DNA of 32,000 nucleotides from Nitrososphaerota archaeon (GTDB lineage Archaea; Thermoproteota; Nitrososphaeria; Nitrososphaerales; UBA57). Position 1 is the stretch's first letter. The number at the start of each line of letters is the position of its first letter. This document shows positions 28,266-32,000 of the stretch, one piece after another. The stretch spans positions 1-32,000 of the forward strand of contig PAVW01000013.1 in NCBI GenBank assembly GCA_002713205.1, given 5' to 3'. Below the pieces are notes generated by a model. The model did no database searches, was not told where the DNA came from, and saw nothing but the letters and a program-made list of their open reading frames with translations. The translations under genes and the position numbers were made by a program.

Positions 28266-28778
28266 TTAAATGAATAGTGTTAATGCATCAGGTTCACTAG
28301 CCCAAGATAAAAATGCAGATGCTCCTACAATATCATCTACTTCAGGGATAAGGTCTTCCTCCTTGACATCCATAAACCCCATAGTGGGTGAACAAGCATG
28401 TAGTTTAACACCACTATCTTTAGCCATTTTAATCATTTCATAAACATCAGGCCAAAATTTTTCAATCTTACTCTTCATCATAGTGGAAGCTATTTTAGTC
28501 ATTCCAGGTATAACTCCAACTATATTAGGCATAGGCATACCAGGATTTCCCACTGGTGCAATCTTCACAGAATTAACACCGTCTTTAGTGAGAACCTTCA
28601 ACCCCCAAAAAGTGAAATATATATCAACAGACATTCCCATAGCAGGCGCAGTGGTAGCTAGAACAAGTGCAGGATATATCATATCTATAGTGCCTTTAGA
28701 AACCACTAATATGAGTCTCTTTTTCTGAACTGCATTATTTTGATTATTTTCTGTTTGAATATTGGCCAAATTTATCAC
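28266..28778 (-). CDS. DsrE/DsrF-like sulfur-relay family protein (DsrE2/COG2210-like)
   Basis: 170 aa. Rossmann-like LILVVSKGTIDMIYPALVLATTA, followed by a C-terminal GVKLHACSPTMGF cysteine motif. 4-nt overlap with the upstream tusA-like gene, a pairing that recurs in sulfur-trafficking loci. Confidence 0.6.
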   Translation of the reverse strand: MINLANIQTENNQNNAVQKKRLILVVSKGTIDMIYPALVLATTAPAMGMSVDIYFTFWGLKVLTKDGVNSVKIAPVGNPGMPMPNIVGVIPGMTKIASTMMKSKIEKFWPDVYEMIKMAKDSGVKLHACSPTMGFMDVKEEDLIPEVDDIVGASAFLSWASEPDALTLFI

Positions 28779-29023
28779 TTTTTCTTAATATGAAATCTGA
28801 AGGTCTTGGGAGAAGTATCTTCAACAATGCTATTAATCAGAATATTTCCAGTAGTGTGTGCCCAACCTTCGAAATCCATTGGTGCACCAGGATCAGTAGC
28901 AATAACTTCAAGAATCTGTCCTGTTGAAAGTTTAGAGATTTCTTTTGCAGTATTAATAATTGGCATAGGACAAAGCAAGCCCTTTTGGTCAAGTGTTTGA
29001 TCTACTTTAACATCTTCAGTCAA
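28775..29023 (-). CDS. tusA: TusA/SirA-like sulfur carrier protein
   Basis: 82 aa. LDQKGLLCPMPI (CPxP active-site motif, C18) and the expected two-layer alpha/beta size. TTG start. TATA-like CCTTATAATC lies about 23 nt upstream. Confidence 0.8.
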   Translation of the reverse strand: MTEDVKVDQTLDQKGLLCPMPIINTAKEISKLSTGQILEVIATDPGAPMDFEGWAHTTGNILINSIVEDTSPKTFRFHIKKK

Positions 29024-29089
29024 TTATAATCTCGTTATGATTATAAGGCCGTTATATATATAATTTTTCCAAGAATCCAATTATGCGAA

Positions 29090-29842
29090 CTATCCCCAGT
29101 TAAATTCTTGCTCAACTATCTTACCAACTTCTTCATTAAGTTCAAATTGATAAGATTCTTTTATTTTTACAGCGGATTGAGCAGGTATATCTCTCAAAGT
29201 GATAATTTGAGTTGATATTAATTCAGCTTGGCATAGACAAGGTCCTTCAAAAAATTCAATTTTCAGAGTTGCCCAATCAACACTATTCAATCCATAATTA
29301 ATGACCCAAGCTTCGACTATGTGTTTATCATCCCCATCAGGATTATGAATCTGAGTTGTAGAGAAACCAATTAATTTTAAAATAGGTTCTTGTAGCGATA
29401 ACAGAGATTCATTTTTATCAGCCAATTGCGTCTTTAGCTGCATAATTTCGATGTCAAGTGTATTGATTTTGTCATCATATCTTATCACAGCATCATTATG
29501 TTTAGCCCTTTCCTCATCGTAAAGTAATTTATATTTTCTATATGATTCTAATTCATCAACTTCATTCTGAAGAGTAATAATTAGCAAGCTGTTATCTTCT
29601 ATATCTTCATTTAGAGAATTAATTGTTAAATTTTTCAGTGTTATTACAGATTTTAAATTCATTATTTCAGAATTTAGATCCATTATTGAACGTCGAGTGA
29701 TTTCTAATTCATCAGAATATGATTCGAGATTATCTAATTCAGAATAAAGTTGGTTAATTTGAGGATTTAGACCAATAAATCCTGCACCAAAACCAATAGA
29801 TAATCCGAAAATAAAAAATAATGAAATGGGCATCCAATTCAT
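29090..29842 (-). CDS. Membrane-anchored coiled-coil protein with a C-terminal ~100-aa globular domain (uncharacterised)
   Basis: 250 aa. N-terminal hydrophobic helix ISLFFIFGLSIGFGAGFIGL. About 130 aa of heptad-like L/I/E/N-rich sequence follow. The C-terminal domain is beta-rich in appearance (HIVEAWVINYGL...ATLKIEFFEGPCLCQ). Confidence 0.6.
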   Translation of the reverse strand: MNWMPISLFFIFGLSIGFGAGFIGLNPQINQLYSELDNLESYSDELEITRRSIMDLNSEIMNLKSVITLKNLTINSLNEDIEDNSLLIITLQNEVDELESYRKYKLLYDEERAKHNDAVIRYDDKINTLDIEIMQLKTQLADKNESLLSLQEPILKLIGFSTTQIHNPDGDDKHIVEAWVINYGLNSVDWATLKIEFFEGPCLCQAELISTQIITLRDIPAQSAVKIKESYQFELNEEVGKIVEQEFNWG

Positions 29843-29966
29843 ACTTTATGTTGTACATTATACATTTATCAATATTTCATAAGGCAAATATCGTCTATAA
29901 AAGCAAAAAAATATACAATTTAAATATATTAAGCAATAAACAATAAAAATTTTGTAGTGATAATTA

Positions 29967-31340
29967 TTGAATATAAAACAAAATCCCAATTCAAATTTAA
30001 AAGTATTAGTAAGCGGAGCCAGTGGATTCATTGGAAAGAAGCTTGTAGAACGTCTATTAAAATCAAACATATCAGTTAGGGCAATTTCTCGAAATATAAA
30101 AAATCTTTCAGAATTAAAACACGATAATTTAGAGAAAATGGAAATAAATGCATTAAACTACAATGAATTAGTAAATGCATTAAATGGAATTGATGTAGCA
30201 TATTTTCTAATTCACTCCATGGAAGGTGAATCAAATAATTGGACAAAATTCATTGAATTAGATAAAAAAATTGCAAAAAATTTTGCAATGGCTGCCACAA
30301 AAAACAATGTAAAAAGAATAATCTATCTAAGTGGACTTGTCAGTATTCCAGACAGGGAAATGTCAAAACATATGGCAAGTAGGAAAGAAGTTGGCGAGAT
30401 ATTAAAGACATCAAAAGCTAAGGTTACAATTTTTCGAGCATCAGTAATAATAGGAAACGGAAGTGGAGGATTTAAAATGATGCATTACTTGGTTGAAAGA
30501 TTACCTATAATGATATGTCCAAGATGGGTACTAACAAAATTACAACCAATATTTGTCGATGATGTAATATCATATCTTTTTGAAAGTCTATTTAAAAGAG
30601 AAACCGAAGGAAAAATGTTTGATGTGGGAGGCCCTGATACAATACCATACAAAGATCTGATGAAATTGTATGCTAAAAAAAATAATAAAACAATACGAAT
30701 GATAATAATTCCATTTTTGAGTCTAAGATTAACATCCTATTGGGTTGACTTGATAACCCCAATGAAAAAGTCACTCACCAGGCCTTTAGTAGAAGGATTA
30801 AAAAATGAATCTGTAATAACGGAGAATTCAATTAAAAAAATCATACCATTGAAATTGAAAGGAGTAGATCAATCATTGGATATTGCAATAGGTACGCAGA
30901 TACAGAACCAGAAACATACTGCAAGAAAAGAAATTCTATTATCATATTTGCTAATTTTATTAGGAATTACAGGTGCTGCGCATTATTGGGTAGATGAAAG
31001 AATAATGTCAATGCATCTTCTGGGACATATAAGTACAGGAATCTGGTTCTTATTGTTATTAGTTGGTTATTTTTTTATAAAGAAAGGAGCTCGACTTGGA
31101 GCACTATTGGCAGGGATTGTTGGTTGGACTGCTGCATTGTTTTTGTTAATCGATAGCATGTATTTAATTTCTTATTTGCCAAAAATTGGATCTTATACTG
31201 TAAGTAAAGGAATAGCAATTCTAGGTAATTATCCAGATGCAAATACTGTTTTATTGAATATAATGGGTTTGTTTGTAATTGCAATATTACTAGTTGTAGC
31301 ACATTTTACATTTTATGATAAAAATAAAAACGTAAAATAA
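29967..31340 (+). CDS. NAD(P)-binding Rossmann (atypical SDR/NmrA-like) domain fused to a C-terminal four-helix membrane domain
   Basis: 457 aa. VLVSGASGFIGKKLVERL glycine-rich dinucleotide motif. Four hydrophobic segments after about residue 320 (ILLSYLLILLGITGAA, ISTGIWFLLLLVGYFFI, LGALLAGIVGWTAALFLLI, LLNIMGLFVIAILLVVA). TTG start. Confidence 0.7.
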   Translation: MNIKQNPNSNLKVLVSGASGFIGKKLVERLLKSNISVRAISRNIKNLSELKHDNLEKMEINALNYNELVNALNGIDVAYFLIHSMEGESNNWTKFIELDKKIAKNFAMAATKNNVKRIIYLSGLVSIPDREMSKHMASRKEVGEILKTSKAKVTIFRASVIIGNGSGGFKMMHYLVERLPIMICPRWVLTKLQPIFVDDVISYLFESLFKRETEGKMFDVGGPDTIPYKDLMKLYAKKNNKTIRMIIIPFLSLRLTSYWVDLITPMKKSLTRPLVEGLKNESVITENSIKKIIPLKLKGVDQSLDIAIGTQIQNQKHTARKEILLSYLLILLGITGAAHYWVDERIMSMHLLGHISTGIWFLLLLVGYFFIKKGARLGALLAGIVGWTAALFLLIDSMYLISYLPKIGSYTVSKGIAILGNYPDANTVLLNIMGLFVIAILLVVAHFTFYDKNKNVK

Positions 31341-31393
31341 TATAAAAAGTAAGAAAATATGGGGTTTTTAAATTAAAAATTAAGAAGGCCGAA

Positions 31394-31969
31394 ATGATTG
31401 GGAAAATTCAAAGGATATCGGGCAATGTTAACAACTTTCCCACATACACTACACAAATAATGAATCTGGCAAACCAGAATGCCAAAGGAACAAGGCCTAA
31501 AGTAGTTGGACAGCTAACTGATTTAATTCAAGAATGTCCATATAATGAACACAAAAAATGGAAAGAATGGTATCTTAACGAACAGCCCAATGCAATAGAC
31601 AATGCAACCCAGAAAGTTCTTGATGGGGTTGAAAAGCTAAAAGATGGAATTAATAAAATAGATGAAAATATGGTCCGATCTTGGGTAAAAGAATTAGTTA
31701 TAGATAAGACTTTCATTGGTTTAAGATTACAAGAAGTAATATTAATAAAATTCTCAGAGATGTTGAAGACTAAGTATCGTTTAGCAACACCTGAACAGGA
31801 AAGCAAAGGTATAGATGGCTTTTTAGGAGATGTTCCTGTTTCGATAAAACCAGTTACGTATAAAATTAAGAAGTCGTTGCACGAAGATATAGATGTTAAA
31901 ATGATTTTTTACGATAAAAAGAATGATGAAATTATTATTTCTGATGAATGTATAAATCAATTTTATTAA
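31394..31969 (+). CDS. Hypothetical protein, possibly an MjaI-like (CTAG-type) restriction endonuclease family member
   Basis: 191 aa. The ORF is solid. The family call rests only on my recollection that small archaeal proteins with an FPxYTTQ...LANQNA...TRPKVVGQ N-terminus are annotated as the MjaI family. ESKGIDGF...VSIKP could be a PD-(D/E)xK-like core. Not verifiable here. Confidence 0.35.
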   Translation: MIGKIQRISGNVNNFPTYTTQIMNLANQNAKGTRPKVVGQLTDLIQECPYNEHKKWKEWYLNEQPNAIDNATQKVLDGVEKLKDGINKIDENMVRSWVKELVIDKTFIGLRLQEVILIKFSEMLKTKYRLATPEQESKGIDGFLGDVPVSIKPVTYKIKKSLHEDIDVKMIFYDKKNDEIIISDECINQFY

Positions 31970-32000
31970 GCGTATTCAATCTCGAATATGTTATCCTTAA

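Noticed and set aside
27836-28728. Plus-strand ORFs 27836-28072 and 28483-28728, and 28806-29000
   Set aside because: They are antisense to orf125, the DsrE-like gene and the TusA-like gene respectively. They are shadow ORFs.
29852-29857. TGTACA, with nearby ATACAT words, in the coiled-coil/SDR divergent promoter, and TACATGTA at 20594-20601, considered as members of the same regulon as the trp operator
   Set aside because: Such A/T-rich words with TACA/TGTA cores are expected by chance several times in 32 kb at this composition. With single occurrences there is no basis to link them to trp regulation.
29858-30070. 70-aa minus-strand ORF spanning the divergent promoter and the 5' end of the SDR-fusion gene
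   Set aside because: It overlaps a promoter region and the Rossmann-motif-encoding start of a supported gene. It is Phe/Ile-rich with no start context, so it is spurious.
31075-31806. Minus-strand ORFs 31075-31302 and 31528-31806
   Set aside because: They are antisense to the SDR-fusion and putative nuclease ORFs. They have no motifs and are shorter than their sense partners.
1-32000. Search for mobile elements, prophage, a defence island, CRISPR or toxin-antitoxin pairs
   Set aside because: I saw no integrase, transposase, Cas or phage-like ORFs. I also saw no terminal inverted repeats, and no direct repeats flanking the tRNA. Gene content is core metabolism and translation apart from the last ~3 kb.

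Overview
This window is AT-rich, densely packed archaeal chromosome, and almost all of it is core housekeeping. The gene content includes aIF5B, L7Ae/S28e/L24e, RNA polymerase subunits D and N, mevalonate-pathway genes with isopentenyl phosphate kinase, and a tRNA with a non-canonical intron. Together with frequent TTG/GTG starts and TATA-like boxes about 25 nt upstream of start codons, this fits a Nitrosopumilus-like thaumarchaeon. That placement is inference only; no search was possible.

Layout, left to right:
- rps6e (3' end runs off the window) - infB - ndk - rpl24e - rps28e - rpl7ae, minus strand.
- trpEGDCBA operon, plus strand, with no trpF.
- AlkP-family phosphodiesterase - gltX - GGPP synthase - IDI2 - IPK - mevalonate kinase - rps2 - eno - rpoN - rps9 - rpl13 - rpl18e - rpoD, minus strand.
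- rps13 - rps4 - rps11 - glmS, plus strand and divergent from rpoD.
- A CDGSH protein and tRNA-Val(UAC).
- larC (+) converging on larB - larE (-), then 5-formyl-THF cyclo-ligase, an unknown 125-aa ORF, and a DsrE-like/TusA pair.
- A membrane-anchored coiled-coil protein, a Rossmann-domain/4-TM fusion, and a small putative nuclease at the right edge.

I found no transposase, integrase, CRISPR array or obvious defence island.

Most notable observations:
1. tRNA-Val carries a 22-nt D-loop intron that folds into a near-textbook bulge-helix-bulge.
2. Perfect 27-bp tandem repeats encode an (EEKPTESKP)n tail on S6e.
3. TGTACA boxes and a 12-bp palindrome sit on the trpE promoter and start codon.
4. 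A three-cysteine (predicted Fe-S type) LarE lies in a co-oriented block with a TusA/DsrE-like pair and an unknown ORF. This is my best candidate for an undescribed functional link, namely sulfur relay into nickel-pincer cofactor synthesis. It is hypothesis only.

Several ORF-track starts appear over-extended, and I re-called them.
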